A DNA stretch of 64,000 nucleotides from an uncultured Planctomycetota bacterium (GCA_963845755.1 CAWJTV010000018.1:32001-96000), one strand, 5' to 3'; positions 1 through 12,485 are shown, counted from the first letter of the stretch. Notes: generated by a model from the sequence alone, not told the origin. Translations and numbers: made by a program.

Positions 1-920
1 GGCCCTGCTCTGTCGGCGGCTCTCCCGGCGGGCGCTCACACCGCTGACGCGGATGGTCGCGTCGGCGCGGGGCCTCGACGCCGGCGACCCCGGCTGGTGC
101 CTGGACGAGGCCGGGACTGGCGACGAGCTCGACGAGTTGGGGCGTGCGTTCAACGAACTCCTGTCCCGGCTGCACGTCGCCTATGAGCGGCAGCGGCGAT
201 TTAGCGGCGACGCCTCGCATCAGTTGCGGACTCCGCTGACGGTCCTCATCGGACAGATCGAGGTCGCGCTGCGGCAAGAGCGATCGGGCGAGGAGTATCG
301 ACGGATCCTCGCGTCCGCGCTGGGGCGTGCGGTCCAGCTCGGCCGGATCGTCGAGGCGTTGATGTTCCTGGCACGCGCCGAGGCGGACGCCCCGCTCCCG
401 GAATGTGAGCCGATGGACCTGGATCGCTGGCTGGCCGAGCACCTGGCGAGTCGATCCGAAGCCGAGGTTATCCACCTCGACTTGCACGGCGACGGCGCCC
501 GGGCTCGGGCGCATCCGGCGCTCCTGGGCCAGTTGCTCGACAACCTGCTGGACAACGCCCGAACGCACGGCGGGCCGGGGACACCGATCCGCGTCGAGAC
601 GAGCCGGGAGGGCGATATGCTGGTCCTCGCCGTCGAGGATGCCGGCCCCGGCATCCCGACGGAGGACATCCCGCACATCTTCGAGCCATTCTATCGATCG
701 GCGCAGGCGCGCCGCCGGGGCACGTCCGGCGTCGGCCTGGGCCTGGCCGTGGCCCGGCGCATCGCGGTCGCCTTCGGTGGGACACTCAACGTCCGGAGCC
801 GGCCGGGGAAAGGCGGCTCGTTTCGAGGTCCGACTCGTCGCGATCCTGCCCCTCCTCGGATCGTCAGAGGACCGTGATGGGAATGCTCTGCTCCTGGGTC
901 GGACTCAAGGTAGTCCATAA
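1..920 (+). CDS. Sensor histidine kinase (HAMP-HisKA-HATPase), 5' partial, probable frameshift near the C-terminus
   Basis: H-box FSGDASHQLRTPL, N-box LLDNLLDNA, DAGPGI, GVGLGLA. The natural end (RFEVRL...*) lies in the frame ending at 920. Confidence 0.9.
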
Positions 921-964
921 CGTCGAGCGGGCGGATCCTCGCAGGCTTCGACAGCGCCGCGGAT

Positions 965-1654
965 TCAGCTCGGCGGAGTGGTCGGATCTTCGGCTGGGGC
1001 CGGTGCCACGGTCTTCTCCCTCGCCGCTTTCGCAGAATCCTTCCTGGCGCGATCGCCGGGGGCGGGCGTGTCCTCGTTTTTCTCCGTGTCCGGCTTCCGC
1101 GGCTCGTTCGCGGGGATGACCCGGAACTTCACGGTCTGGCGGATGGGGGCACCCTGGGCGATCTCGTCGCGGAGGGTGATCACGAAATCGTACTCACCCG
1201 GTTCGAGCCCTTTGAGGGAGACCGTGTTCCGCAGGTAAATCAGCTCCGGGGGCCTATCCATCTTGGGCGTGGTGTAATCCAGCACCTTGAGCTTCTGCCG
1301 TACGAACTTCTTGGCTCCCCGTTTCCGGATCTCTCCGTCCTGGCTGAGATGCGCCTGGTACTGTCCCTTGTTGAGACTGGAGCGATAGTTGAGGGGACGA
1401 TAGTAGATCAGGAGCTTCTCGTCGGCGGTCATGGCCGCGCCCGGCAACGGCTCGTAGTCTTCATAGCCCTCGATGGAGCGGCAGACGACGCCCTCCGTCA
1501 TGCGGAAGATCCGGCGAGCCAGCGACTTCCGGCTGTCCGGCGTTTGACTCGACTGGCCATTGGCAAAGGAGGATGAGCCCGTGGGAAGACCCAGGGGAAT
1601 CACGAGACCGAACCACGCACCCAACGCGATGGCCAGTGCCTTACTCGTGAGCAT
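965..1654 (-). CDS. Hypothetical exported protein
   Basis: ATG at 1654 starts a signal-peptide-like MLTSKALAIALGAWFGLV. A beta-rich body ends ...LKGLEPGEYDFVITLRD. Confidence 0.65.
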   Translation of the reverse strand: MLTSKALAIALGAWFGLVIPLGLPTGSSSFANGQSSQTPDSRKSLARRIFRMTEGVVCRSIEGYEDYEPLPGAAMTADEKLLIYYRPLNYRSSLNKGQYQAHLSQDGEIRKRGAKKFVRQKLKVLDYTTPKMDRPPELIYLRNTVSLKGLEPGEYDFVITLRDEIAQGAPIRQTVKFRVIPANEPRKPDTEKNEDTPAPGDRARKDSAKAAREKTVAPAPAEDPTTPPS

Positions 1655-2070
1655 TAGCGGATACCCGGGAAGATGCCCTGTGCAATCTGGCCGTCCCGAC
1701 CGTGTCGATTCGCCGAGAACATTACGCGCAGATTCAGCGGACCGTCGCCGAATCCGCAAGCGGCGCCTCGCCGGGGATCCGGACCATCGGGACGACTGGG
1801 TGAGCCGCCAGCTTCGGTAGATCCCGCGGGCGCGGAGGAAACGGGCTCTGCACGCAAGTCCTTCGAGGCGACCCAGAAGGGGATGAGGGTCGGAGTGTTC
1901 GCAGGAGATGGTGGGGGAGTTCCGCCCGGGAGGGGGAGCTTGAGCGGAGGGAGGCAAATCGGCCGGACTTCGCCTGCGAGCCGGGCCGATGAACAAGACG
2001 GCGACCTCAAGGAACGGCCGCCGTCTTGCGCAGGGATGCAATTATGTTAATGAGTTCGAAGGACCGGACT

Positions 2071-2922
2071 TCAGGGGCTCGCTCGCCGGGAACGGCGGAG
2101 TCGCAGGGCGGCCCCACCTGCCAGCGCAGCCCAGACCATCCATGTGGTCGGCTCGGGGAGTTGCTGCTCACCGATCGCGGGGACCTTGATCCAACCGCTA
2201 CTGACTTCACCCGAGATGACATCCTGGCCCGAGCCGGCATAGACCTGGATGTAAAACCCGTTGGCCGGGTTCAGTCCGGGGATCTGGCTGAAATTCTTGA
2301 TCGTGAACTCCACGTCGGGATGGGCCGCCGAGGGGTTGAAGGCCAGGGTGCCCGTGTACTGGGCGAGCTGCTGGCCGAAGCTGTACTGGGGGAGCCCCGG
2401 CGTGTTGGTGTCGCTCGAAACGGTGAAGCCGTCGGTACCGCTGCCCACCTTGGTCTTATCCGCGGGGATTCCCGCGATGACGGCGGGCGTGCCGGGTACC
2501 TGTTGACCGGCGATACTGACGGTCGGGGCGAACTGGATGGCGATCGCCTTGTCCCCGGTCATGTTGGGGTTGTTATCCAGACTCGGATTCAGGTTGCCGC
2601 TGGAGTCGCCGAAGATGGCCTCCTGGCCGGCGACGTTCTGGTATCCCTGGACTCCCACGTACATCGTGTTGCTCGCGGCGTCATAGCTGGTCCGGATGTC
2701 CTGGATCATGAAGCCACTGGCCAACTGGCTCGCGGTATTGCCGGTGGGGCCGTCGATCACGCCGGGACCTTCGTTGATCGGGGTGATCTGGACGCCGCTA
2801 TTGGTGCCGGCGAAATCCGTAGCGACATTGCCGGTGAACGTGATGGGGCCGGCCAGGGCCGGACGATTTCCGGCGACCACCAGGCACGCCAGGACCCAAA
2901 CGATGCCACGAACACGAACCAT
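2071..2922 (-). CDS. PEP-CTERM sorting domain surface protein
   Basis: N-terminal signal peptide and C-terminal LPEPTTWMVWAALAGGAALRLRRSRR (PEP, transmembrane helix, basic tail). Confidence 0.9.
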   Translation of the reverse strand: MVRVRGIVWVLACLVVAGNRPALAGPITFTGNVATDFAGTNSGVQITPINEGPGVIDGPTGNTASQLASGFMIQDIRTSYDAASNTMYVGVQGYQNVAGQEAIFGDSSGNLNPSLDNNPNMTGDKAIAIQFAPTVSIAGQQVPGTPAVIAGIPADKTKVGSGTDGFTVSSDTNTPGLPQYSFGQQLAQYTGTLAFNPSAAHPDVEFTIKNFSQIPGLNPANGFYIQVYAGSGQDVISGEVSSGWIKVPAIGEQQLPEPTTWMVWAALAGGAALRLRRSRRASP

Positions 2923-3195
2923 GACGAGTCTCCTTCCACGTTATGGTTGTTCTCGTCCCAATCCCGTTGTGACACGTCGGCCGTGCCGGTCGTGATGGTT
3001 GGGGACAAGCTGGTTCTCGATTAACGCTCAGGCAAGCGGGGGACTTCGCTTGCGCCTCTACGTTGTGATCCGGACCGCGGATTGAGTCGCACCTCCGGAT
3101 CGCCTCGAACCAGGATGGCTCGTCCATCGGTTCGAGCGATTCATCCCGTGGGATCCCCTTCCGTGGGGAAGGGTCGCGAAAGAAAGGATGGCGCG

Positions 3196-4737
3196 ATGTC
3201 TCTGTTCACCAAGCTGCTCCAGGCCGTTCAGACGTGGCGCCGCCGTCGCGGACCGAAGACCGCAAAGCGCGCAGGCGTCTCGCTCGAACAACTGGATCAT
3301 CGGCAACTCCTGAGCGTCAACTTTACCGGAAACGTCCCAGTCGATTTTCCCGCTACACAGAACCCAGGCGTCGTGGTCATACCGGTGCCCCAAAGCGTGC
3401 AACCACAGATTCCAACTGTCCTCCAGCCCTTCATTCCGGTCTCGGGGTTCTCGGTTTCGGACATCCGGGTCTCGTACGACGCCGCGGACGACACACTCTC
3501 CGTAGGCCTCAGTGGCCCCCCCAGCGGAAATGCCGGTCAGGGCGAGGTCATCGCTGGTGATGCGGACGATAACGGGAATCCAGGGACAGTCAATCCCAGT
3601 GTGACGGGAGTTAGTCCCGGGTTCATCGATTTCCCGGACTTCACCGGATCGGAGTATATGGGGGCCATCCTGGGCTTTACGGCGCCCAACACTCCCCAGA
3701 TCGTCGCGGGCTTCTCCGAGGTGAGTCCCATCCCGTCGACGCCCTCAAACCCGATCCCGGCCAAGCCTTACGAAGTGGCCGTCGCGAATCCGTCGAACCT
3801 CCCGATGTTCGGTACGGAGCTCCCTCAATTCGTGGGGGGCTACTTCCTGCCGACCTCGCCGACCGCCCCGAATATGGAATTCACGATTACCCATTTCTCC
3901 CAGCTTTACCAGCAGGAGACGGGGAAACCCTTGACTTCCAGCAGCGTGATTTATGTCGGTACCCAGGCGGGCTCGAGCAATGACGGCGGGATCAACGAGT
4001 TGAGCTTCCCCCCCAGTTCGTCGTTCACGATCGGTGCCGCCACGCTCCCCGGGACCTGCCCGCCGCAATCGCCGACGATCTACGTCAATCCGCACGAGCA
4101 TCGAATCGTCGACACACTCCATCGCGATTTGATCCGAGTCACCATCGAGGGGACGTCCGGGTTCAACGTCAAGGACATCAACCCCTCGACGGTGACCCTG
4201 GACGGCGTCCACGCCATCGCTCACGTCACCCGGAAGGTCCGGCGGGACGAGTTCCCGATTGCGACCTACGTCTTCGTGGCCGACCAGTTGCACCTGCCTC
4301 CGGGCCTGAACAATGTCACACTCTCGGGCACGCTCGAAAACGGCCTGACCACGTTCTCATCCTCCCGGGCGGTCCTGAACATCCCCGACGCGGGGCGGGT
4401 CTCCGGCCCCTTGCATCGCTACATGGGGGGCGGGTCGATCTATCGGGCCCTGTCCAAGATCGAGGCGAAGCATCCGGGGACGGTGGCCATCCCTTCGTCC
4501 AACGCCACGGCGGTGAGCGTCTCGAACAACCCCGCGCCGCACGGCCTGGCCAAACTCAAGGTGAGCTACGCGCCGGTGGTGTCCACAGCCACGAACGCCG
4601 GGACCAAGGCAGCACGAACCGAGAAGGCCCGACAGGTGGTCTCGATCCCCAAACGCTCCGAGGCTGGCTCCGAGGCATCCTCCAAGCTCCCCACGAAGCT
4701 GCGACACAGCATGAGCGATTTCTTGCATCACACCTGA
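3196..4737 (+). CDS. Planctomycete extracellular protein with LExR.LL leader; paralog of the adjacent PEP-CTERM protein
   Basis: Basic leader ending SLEQLDHRQLLS. Shares FTGNV.DF, DIR.SYDAA and P..EFTI..FSQ motifs with 2071-2922. Confidence 0.8.
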   Translation: MSLFTKLLQAVQTWRRRRGPKTAKRAGVSLEQLDHRQLLSVNFTGNVPVDFPATQNPGVVVIPVPQSVQPQIPTVLQPFIPVSGFSVSDIRVSYDAADDTLSVGLSGPPSGNAGQGEVIAGDADDNGNPGTVNPSVTGVSPGFIDFPDFTGSEYMGAILGFTAPNTPQIVAGFSEVSPIPSTPSNPIPAKPYEVAVANPSNLPMFGTELPQFVGGYFLPTSPTAPNMEFTITHFSQLYQQETGKPLTSSSVIYVGTQAGSSNDGGINELSFPPSSSFTIGAATLPGTCPPQSPTIYVNPHEHRIVDTLHRDLIRVTIEGTSGFNVKDINPSTVTLDGVHAIAHVTRKVRRDEFPIATYVFVADQLHLPPGLNNVTLSGTLENGLTTFSSSRAVLNIPDAGRVSGPLHRYMGGGSIYRALSKIEAKHPGTVAIPSSNATAVSVSNNPAPHGLAKLKVSYAPVVSTATNAGTKAARTEKARQVVSIPKRSEAGSEASSKLPTKLRHSMSDFLHHT

Positions 4738-4939
4738 TCGGTTGACTCGGCCTCGCGAGCCAGTCGGTCAAGGTCGGGGCGCGCCGTAGCCCGATGGCGG
4801 CGCGCCCGACCGGACCTGGCTTGACCGGTTCGGGGCCGACCGGTTCTCATCATCCGTGTTCGCGCCGGGTCTCGCCCGGCCCACGGACGTTCCGGCAGCG
4901 ATCCACATCACGAGGTGCGACCGGTGGAGAGATGAGACC

Positions 4940-5203
4940 ATGGCGGACTACTCGCCGTACCAGCAGAAGATCATCAAGCGCTATTATCGGAACTACGACG
5001 CGATCAAGCTCCAGAGGCTCTCCGAGCTGACAACCGAGCTCTACCTCGCCGAGGGGAAAAAGCGCGATCGCCTCTGGAATCAGGTCGAGGAGAGTCTCCG
5101 GAAGCTCGAATTCCCCGAGTCGCGGATCGGGCATCTGCTCGAGAAGCGAGACCCCGCGCTCCTCGTGGGAATCCTGAAGGAGCTGGAGGGTCCAGGGAAA
5201 TAG
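4940..5203 (+). CDS. Small hypothetical protein
   Basis: MADYSPYQQKIIKRYYRN... with an upstream GGAGA and coding-like composition. Confidence 0.75.
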   Translation: MADYSPYQQKIIKRYYRNYDAIKLQRLSELTTELYLAEGKKRDRLWNQVEESLRKLEFPESRIGHLLEKRDPALLVGILKELEGPGK

Positions 5204-5377
5204 AGCGCGTCACGAATGGATGGAGATCGCCGGACGGAGCCGGCTCCTACAAGGAGACGTCGGGCCGGCCGATGGAGGAGGGACCCTGTCGCCCGACCGT
5301 CGGACTTGCTAACTTTGATACGCATCCCACGCCGAACCTGCGGCTGACGTCCCGGGATCGATCCGAGGGCCCCTGTC

Positions 5378-8300
5378 ATGGAGCCGGACAAAAGCGACGC
5401 GAACTTGCTGTTCGGCATCCTGGCGATGAAGTTGCACTTCATTCGCCCGGACGATTTGCTCGAGGCGATGGGGATCTGGTTCCTCGACCGGCAGAAGACC
5501 CTCGGTGAGATTCTGACCGAACGGCAGGCGATCTCCGCGAAGGATCGCGATCTCCTCGAAGCGATGGTCCGCGAGAGCCAGGGTCGCCAGGACCCGCTCG
5601 CCAAGTCGAACGGGCAAGACCGTCCCAAGACCCCGGCGAATCCGCTCGAACGGAACGGGGCGAATGGGGCGATCGAGCGCGACGAGGCTCAGCTCACGAC
5701 CGAGGTCGGTCCGTCGAGCGCCGGCGAATTAACGGTGGACTGGTCGGATCGCCAGAGAGGGAGCGAGGACGAGCGCTATGTCGTCGTTCGTCCTCACGCC
5801 AAGGGGGGAATCGGCAAGGTCTCGGTCGCCCTCGATGTGCAGTTGAACCGCGAGGTCGCCCTGAAAGAGCTGCTGGAGGAGCATCTCGAGAAACGAGACA
5901 GCCGGTCGAGATTCCTCGTGGAAGCCGAGGTGACGGCGCAACTGGAGCATCCCGGAATCGTTCCTGTCTACGGGATCGGCCTGAACGCCCAAGGTGAACC
6001 GTTCTACGTGATGCGATTCATCAAGGGCGAGAGTTTCAAAGAGGCGGTCCAGCAGTTTCACAAGGGCCGCGGCCCTCGTTCGGGCCGGTCCTCGTTGCGA
6101 TTCCAGCAGTTGCTCCGGAGTTTCGTTCGACGTCTGCTATACGATCGAATATGCTCACAGCCGCGGGGTGATCCATCGTGATCTCAAGCCTTCGAACGTG
6201 ATCCTTGGCAAGTATGGCGAAACCCTGGTCGTCGACTGGGGCCTGGCCAAGTGCGTCGGCAAGCACGAGAAGCGGGTCGTGCAGGACGAGGCGACGATCC
6301 GGCCGTCGTCGCACAGCGGTTCGACCGACACGATCGCCGGGTTCGCCGTCGGGACTCCGGCGTTCATGAGTCCGGAGCAGGCGGAAGGCGAGACGAGCCA
6401 CATCGGGTTCGCCAGCGATGTCTACGGTCTGGGGGGGACCCTGTACTACCTGTTGACCGGACAGAATCCGATCACGGACCGAGAGGTCACGACGATCCTC
6501 CGTCACGTACGGCGCGGCGAGTTCCTCCGCCCGCGCGAGGTCAAGCCGGAAATCCCGCTCCCCCTGGAAGCGATCTGCTTGAAAGCCATGGCGTATCGTC
6601 CCGAGGATCGCTTCGCCTCGCCCCAGGTCCTGGCGCACGACCTGGAGCTCTGGCTGGCCGACGAGCCGGTGTCGGCCTGGCCGGAGCCTCCGTGGCTGAA
6701 GCTGCGACGCTGGGTAAACCGAAACCGGACGCTGGTCAGCTCGACCGCGGCGGCATTGCTGGTCGCCCTGGTGACCGGAGCCTATCTGGCCCACGAGTTC
6801 AACCTGAGTAAAGCCCGCCGACAGATTGAGGCCAATGCCCGGGTGAACGCCCTCTCGACGGCCGAGGTCCGGTCTGTGCCGCAGATCGTCGAACAGCTCG
6901 GTGTCGATCGTTCACTCGTCCGGGAGCGGCTGAATTCGCTGTTGAGCGATCGGTCGAGATCCGCCAGTCGGATCGGAGCCGCGCTGGCACTCCTGCCTGA
7001 CGACCCATCGCAAGCACAATTCCTGGTCGACCACCTTATGAAGACGGAGGCGACTCCCGAGGAGCTGCTCGTCATTCGCGACGGCCTGAGGCGTAACAAC
7101 GCCCTGGAGCGGTTCATCGACCCGCTCATGGCCAGTCTCCCCTCGCCTCCAGGGGCACTCAGCAACACTGCACTCCGGGCTCTCGGTGTAGTGGCGCTGG
7201 CCCGACCCGACTGGAGCCGTTGGCCGGAGTTCGCCGACCGGCTCGCCACGAAGCTGGTGCAGGTCAATCCGTTCGAGATCGCAGCCTGGCAGGAGGTCTT
7301 TCGGCCGGTGAGCCTCGAGCTGAATCCACCGTTGCGCCGGATCTATTCGGACCGCTCCCAGGTTGAGCCGCGGGCCCTGGCCTTCTCGCTCCTCCTCGAA
7401 TTCGCGTCTCAATCGGACAATCGCGAGCGTCCCGAGGCGCTGGCCGGATTGTTGCCCGACGCCGACCCGGACCAGTTCCGGTCGATCCTTGACCGCCTGT
7501 CCTCGCCGGCCGATCGCGATCGGGCCCTCGCCGTGATCCTGCCGGCAATCCAGGCGCCGGCGCAGCGCGACCTCGCGCTGGAGGAGCGCCAGGCTCGGCT
7601 GGCGCCGGCCTTGCTCGAGTTCGCGCGGCCGGAATTGGTCTGGCCCATGCTCATGCACCGCGACGACCCGAGTCTGAGTACGGAGTTGATCCACATCCTG
7701 GCCGATTACGAGGTCGATCCGAAAGTCCTGATCGAGCGCCTCAAAGTGGAAACGGATCGTAGCGTACGCCGGGCGCTGATCCTCGTCCTCGGCGGTTTCG
7801 CACCGGATCGCGTCCCGCCACCGCTGCGCGCCGATCTGAAGGTCTTGCTGTTGTCCTGGTACAGCTCGGACCCCGATCCCGGCATCCATGGCGCGGTCAA
7901 CTGGGTCTTGCGGCAGGGGTGGAAAGCCGGCGGCGATTTGAACGCCATCGACCGAGGGATGTCCGGGCCGGAGATCCCGTCCGACCGAAACTGGTTCGTC
8001 AACTCCTCGGGTCGAACCTTCACGATCGTTCGTGGACCGGTCTCTTTCCGGATGGGGACGGTGCCCGGTTCGGACCCGTTCGCCGGCGGTGACGAAACGC
8101 CTCGGGACCGGACGATCACGCGGTCATTCGCGATCGCCAACCGGGAGGTCACGTTGTCGGAATTCCGGCCGTTCCTTAAGGACAATCCCGACATCCTTCC
8201 CGTTTTCAACAGGGCGGGAGTCCGGATGAGAATCCCTTCGGACGACTGCGCCGTCGGCGCGCTGACCTGGTATGACGCGGCCCGTTATTGCAACTGGCTG

Positions 8301-8819
8301 AGCGCTCGAGAGAAGATCCCGGAGGACCAGTGGTGCTATCCCAAGTCGATCGCAGGGGGGATGACCCTGCCCGCGAACGTGGTCGAACGTACGGGTTATC
8401 GCCTCCCGACGGAGGCCGAGTGGGAGTACGCTTGCCGATCGGGGGCGACGACGCCCTGGCCTCAAGGTCTGTCGGAGCCGAGGCTGGCCGACTACGCCTG
8501 GATCCTGCGCGACTCCGGCCGGGTCACGCACCCGCCGGGAATGAAGCGCCCCAATGAAATGGGGCTGTTCGACATGCTCGGGAACGCGTCGGAATGGTGT
8601 ACGGGCACTTTGGATCCGAACTGGGACCCCAACGAGCCGGGGCCGAGGGAAGATACGATTCGGCTCCTGACGATCCAGGACGACCAGGGCGTCGATTCCC
8701 GTGGCGGTTCCTTCCTGGATCCGTCGGCCGATGTCCGCTCCGCCAATCGGAACATCCGTCGGCCGAATGAGCGGCTTCCCTTTTTCGGAATGCGACTGGC
8801 CCGGACCTTGCCCAGGTGA
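5378..8819 (+). CDS. Ser/Thr protein kinase fused to a C-terminal formylglycine-generating-enzyme (SUMF1) domain; frameshift near 6130
   Basis: AKGGIGKV, VALKE, HPGIVPVY, HRDLKPSN, DWGLAK, GTPAFMSPEQ. FGE motifs YRLPTEAEWEYACR and GLFDMLGNASEW. Confidence 0.9.
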
Positions 8820-8852
8820 GCGAGGGACCTTCTGCTGTGGAGGGGCCGGACA

Positions 8853-10275
8853 ATGTACATCGAACAGCTCAGGCTCAAGAACATTCGGACGTTCCAAGAG
8901 ACGACACTGGATTTCGTTCATCCGGATCGGAAGTTTCGTTCCGATCACTCAGCGGATCAAAACGGGCTTCGGGTTCTGCCGAGACCCCGATTTCCCAACG
9001 TCAACTTGCTTCTCGGAGACAATGGCTCGGGCAAGAGCACGGTCCTCCGGGCGATCGCGATGGCGGCGCTGGGGCCAGTCGTTTACCGAAGATACGAAGC
9101 TGCCCACCAATGGATTGATCCGGCGTGGCCGCGCCGATGGGGCGAGGGCGAAGAGCCCAGGATATCGCGGAATCGAAGCTAACACTGCATCCTCCACGAA
9201 CAAGAGAGTCGATCCGTTAGGTACCTCAACGCTTGTAGTGCATTCAACCTCACTCGCAACGTGGCGAGCTTGGAGAAAGTGACGTTCTCTGCAGATGACC
9301 CTCCTCGAGCTGGTGCCTGAGACGACGTACCAGATCGAAGCAGGTATGGGAGCCTGTTTTCGAGTCGAACAATGAAGCCTTCTTTGCCGTCGGATATGGG
9401 GCCACTCGGCGTGTCGAGACCCCCAGAATCCCTCGACCCGGCTGGCCGGTCCAAGCCGACATTTCTCCGGGCCAGCGAATCTTGAGCTTATTCGATGAGT
9501 CTTTTTCATTGATCCCATTATCGAGCGTGGTTACCTCGGCCTAAGAGTGAGCAACGCGGAGTCGGTATTCAGAGGTCGAGCAACTGCTGAACCGATTGCT
9601 GAAGCCTAGTCATTGCCGGTATCGGGGGATGTCGCGAGAAGATGTCAGTTCTCGATTATCGCAGCCCGGCAGGGGTTATGGCGAAGGTGGTTACGGTGAA
9701 GGTGGTTACGGCGGAGGTAAGTGGCAAGGGGAAGACGATTCTCTGTTTGAACAAGGGGGGGTGAAGATCGAGTTCCGAAAATCTCTCCGATGGTTACCGA
9801 ACCTTTATCGGCTGGGTCGGAGATTTGCTCTTTCACGCCTACTATGGATGCTCACGCGGCAAGAGACTTGTCGATCTTCGCGGGATCGTCATGGTCGACG
9901 AGATCGACCTGCACCTCCACCCGAGGTGGCAGATGACTGTCATCGGGACCGTGGCGAGGACCTTCCCACGAATGCAGTTCATCTTCACATCACACAGTCC
10001 TCTCGTTGCCAGCAGCCTGGAGTGGATGAACATCATCACCCTGAAAGCTCTCAGCCAAGACAAACCGGACCATCGCCAAGCGCTGGAAGGAGAGCATTCA
10101 CGGCCTCGATGCCGACCAGGTGCTGCTCACCGATTTCTTCGGGCTGAAGACGACGAGAGCACCAGGAAAGGTCAGTCAGCTCGAGGAGTTGGAAAAGAAG
10201 GCCCGGCATGGCGATCAAGAGGCCGCACGGAAGATCATCCTCGCAATGAGCCGCGGGATGGAGGAGCCGGAATGA
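8853..10275 (+). CDS. ABC/AAA-type ATPase (PtuA/AAA_21-like), several frameshifts
   Basis: MYIEQLRLKNIRTF start, Walker A GDNGSGKS, LSDGY signature near 9784, Walker B VDEIDLHLHPRWQ, TSHSP. Stop TGA at 10273-10275. Confidence 0.8.
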
Positions 10276-11161
10276 TCCGCTCACGCGGCCACGCTTGATT
10301 CTCTCCTACGATCTCGGATTCAGGCGATCAGTCCCAACCTGGTTCGATCGTGCGAAGGCCATCTTGACTGAACTTCCGGCACACCCAAGTCTCAAGGACT
10401 TTCGGCCAATATGGCGTGATATCAAGAAGATTTACATTGAGTTACAGCACTCGAAATGTGCGTTCTGCGAGAAGCCGCTCGAAGGGCGAGATCGAACAGG
10501 ACGTCGAACATTTCCGACCCAAGGCCGAGGTCGAGCCGTGGAGTGTGCCACCGGATCTCGTGCAGGCCGGCGTAAGCTTCGTTCAGCCAGATGATGGCTC
10601 GGCCGAGTTGGGGTACCGGTTCCTGGCCTACCATCCTTTCAATTACGTGATGGCATGCAAGCCCTGCAACTCAGTCCTCAAGAGGAACTTCTTCCCGGTG
10701 GCGAAAGCCCGGAAGACCGGGCGAAGAAGCCACCCTCCTTTGCTACCGAGAAACCCTTGCTGATCTATCCGATCGGTGAAATTGACGTCGATCCCGAGAC
10801 ATTGATTACGTTCGTTGCAGGAGTTGTCCCTCAGCCAGTACAAAGGTCGGGCTTCGGTCGATTGCGGGCACTGGTGACGATCACTATCTTCCAGTTGGGC
10901 GATCCCGTCGAAAGGAAGGTGTTCTATCAAGGCCGTGGCAAGGCAATTCAGAACCTTTACCTCAACCTGAGAGCGACTCGTGAGGATTCGGATCCCGTGA
11001 TCGTGGCTGCGGCCCAGAAGAACGTGGCCCGGATGCTGAAACCGGAAGAACCATTTGCGAGTTGCCTGCGCTCGTTCAACCGCCTTTTCCGGAATTCGCC
11101 GGACCAAGCCCGCCAGGTTTTCAGTGATCTCGCGGAATTCCTCGACACGAACTCACCGTAG
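10272..11161 (+). CDS. HNH endonuclease (PtuB / retron-effector HNH-like), frameshifted
   Basis: ATGA overlap with the ATPase. KCAFCE, DVEHFRPK and NYVMACKPCN..KRNFFP motifs. Confidence 0.8.
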
Positions 11162-11202
11162 ATCCGGCTGGGTGGGCTAGGAATGATCCACGCTGGCAAG
11201 TC

Positions 11203-12485
11203 TCAAAACAAGTCCGCCGGATTGGCACTCCAGACCTTGTTGAGCGTGAACACGGCGGACACCAGCCCGACCACGAGCGTCAGGAGGAGAGTGAGGGCCA
11301 GGATGCCGGCGGTCATCCGCATCGGGATTCCGGCCAGGGCCTCCGTGATCCGGTAGAGGCCGAAGCCGAGAATCCCGGCGATGAGGTAAGCGGCGACCGC
11401 GTACAGGATGGCCTGGATCACGACGACGCGCGCCAGGTATCCGTTCGAATGCCCCATGGCCTTGAGCGTCGCGTACTCGGGCAAATGGTCGCGCACGTCG
11501 TTGGAGAGGACCTGGTACACCACCGCCGACGCCACGATCGTCGCGACCAGCACACCAAACGCGAACAGCTTCCCGGTCGAGGTCTGGCGGACCCAGTGAT
11601 CCGACTCGCGGGCGAGGATCTCGGAGCGGGAATAGGGGACGACGTCGGGCGGGAGGATCGCGCGGAGCGCCCGGCACGTGGCGTCGATCGTCGCACCATC
11701 GCTGCGGCGGAGTGTCAAGAAGCCGAACTCGACCGGCTCGATTGAGGGTCGCTCGCACAGCCGCGCGAAATTGACGTCGCTGCAGATGGCCACGCCATCG
11801 GCGGCGAATCCGCGCAGCAGGGAGAAACCCCCCACGATCTGAACCGCCGATCGGCCCATCTCCCACTCGTCATGCCGGCCGACCAGCGGCCAGCCGAAGT
11901 CGAGGTTGGACAGCTCGTCGAGCAGCACGCGCGCCGGACTCCTGTAGCCGCGGCCTGGCATTCTCGATCGATTTCCGAATGGTTCCCCCAAAAGGGTCCT
12001 CTTCCAGGTCGACGCCCAGCACCAGCAGCTCGCGGCGCTTGATCGGCCGGGGGAGCCGGTCGCCGAGTAGCCATCGACGCAATGCCCCGGGCTCGGGTCG
12101 CTCGTCGTCCCAGGCCACGGACGCGTCGTCCGGCGGGTAAGGCGGGCATCGCCAGAGGTTGAACTGGGAATACAGCGGCCGGGCACTCGCGACCACCTCC
12201 AGCGACCGGGCCTGCCGGAGCCGCTCTCGGGGAAACTCACCCGGGGCGTAGAACTGGTCGTACGTCGGGGCCAGGAGGACGATATCGAAATCCAACTGCT
12301 CGTAGAGGTTCGTGGCCGTGATCTTCACGGCCTCGTAGAAGCCCAGTTGGAGCAAGACCATCGTCACCGCGAACGCCACGCCGGCAATCGCCACGACCGT
12401 GCGCCGGGCGCCGTGGACCACGTTGCGCACGCGCCAGAGGGGGATGGGGCGACTTCAACCGCCAGGAGTCGGGCAGGGAGCTCAT
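11203..12485 (-). CDS. devC: DevC-family ABC exporter permease (FtsX-like), frameshifted
   Basis: VAIAGVAFAVTMVLLQLGF, VVYQVLSNDVRDHLPEYATLKAMG, C-terminal ANPADLF. Confidence 0.8.

Noticed and set aside
8853..11161. Retron system
   Set aside because: No reverse transcriptase or msr/msd inverted repeats were seen nearby.
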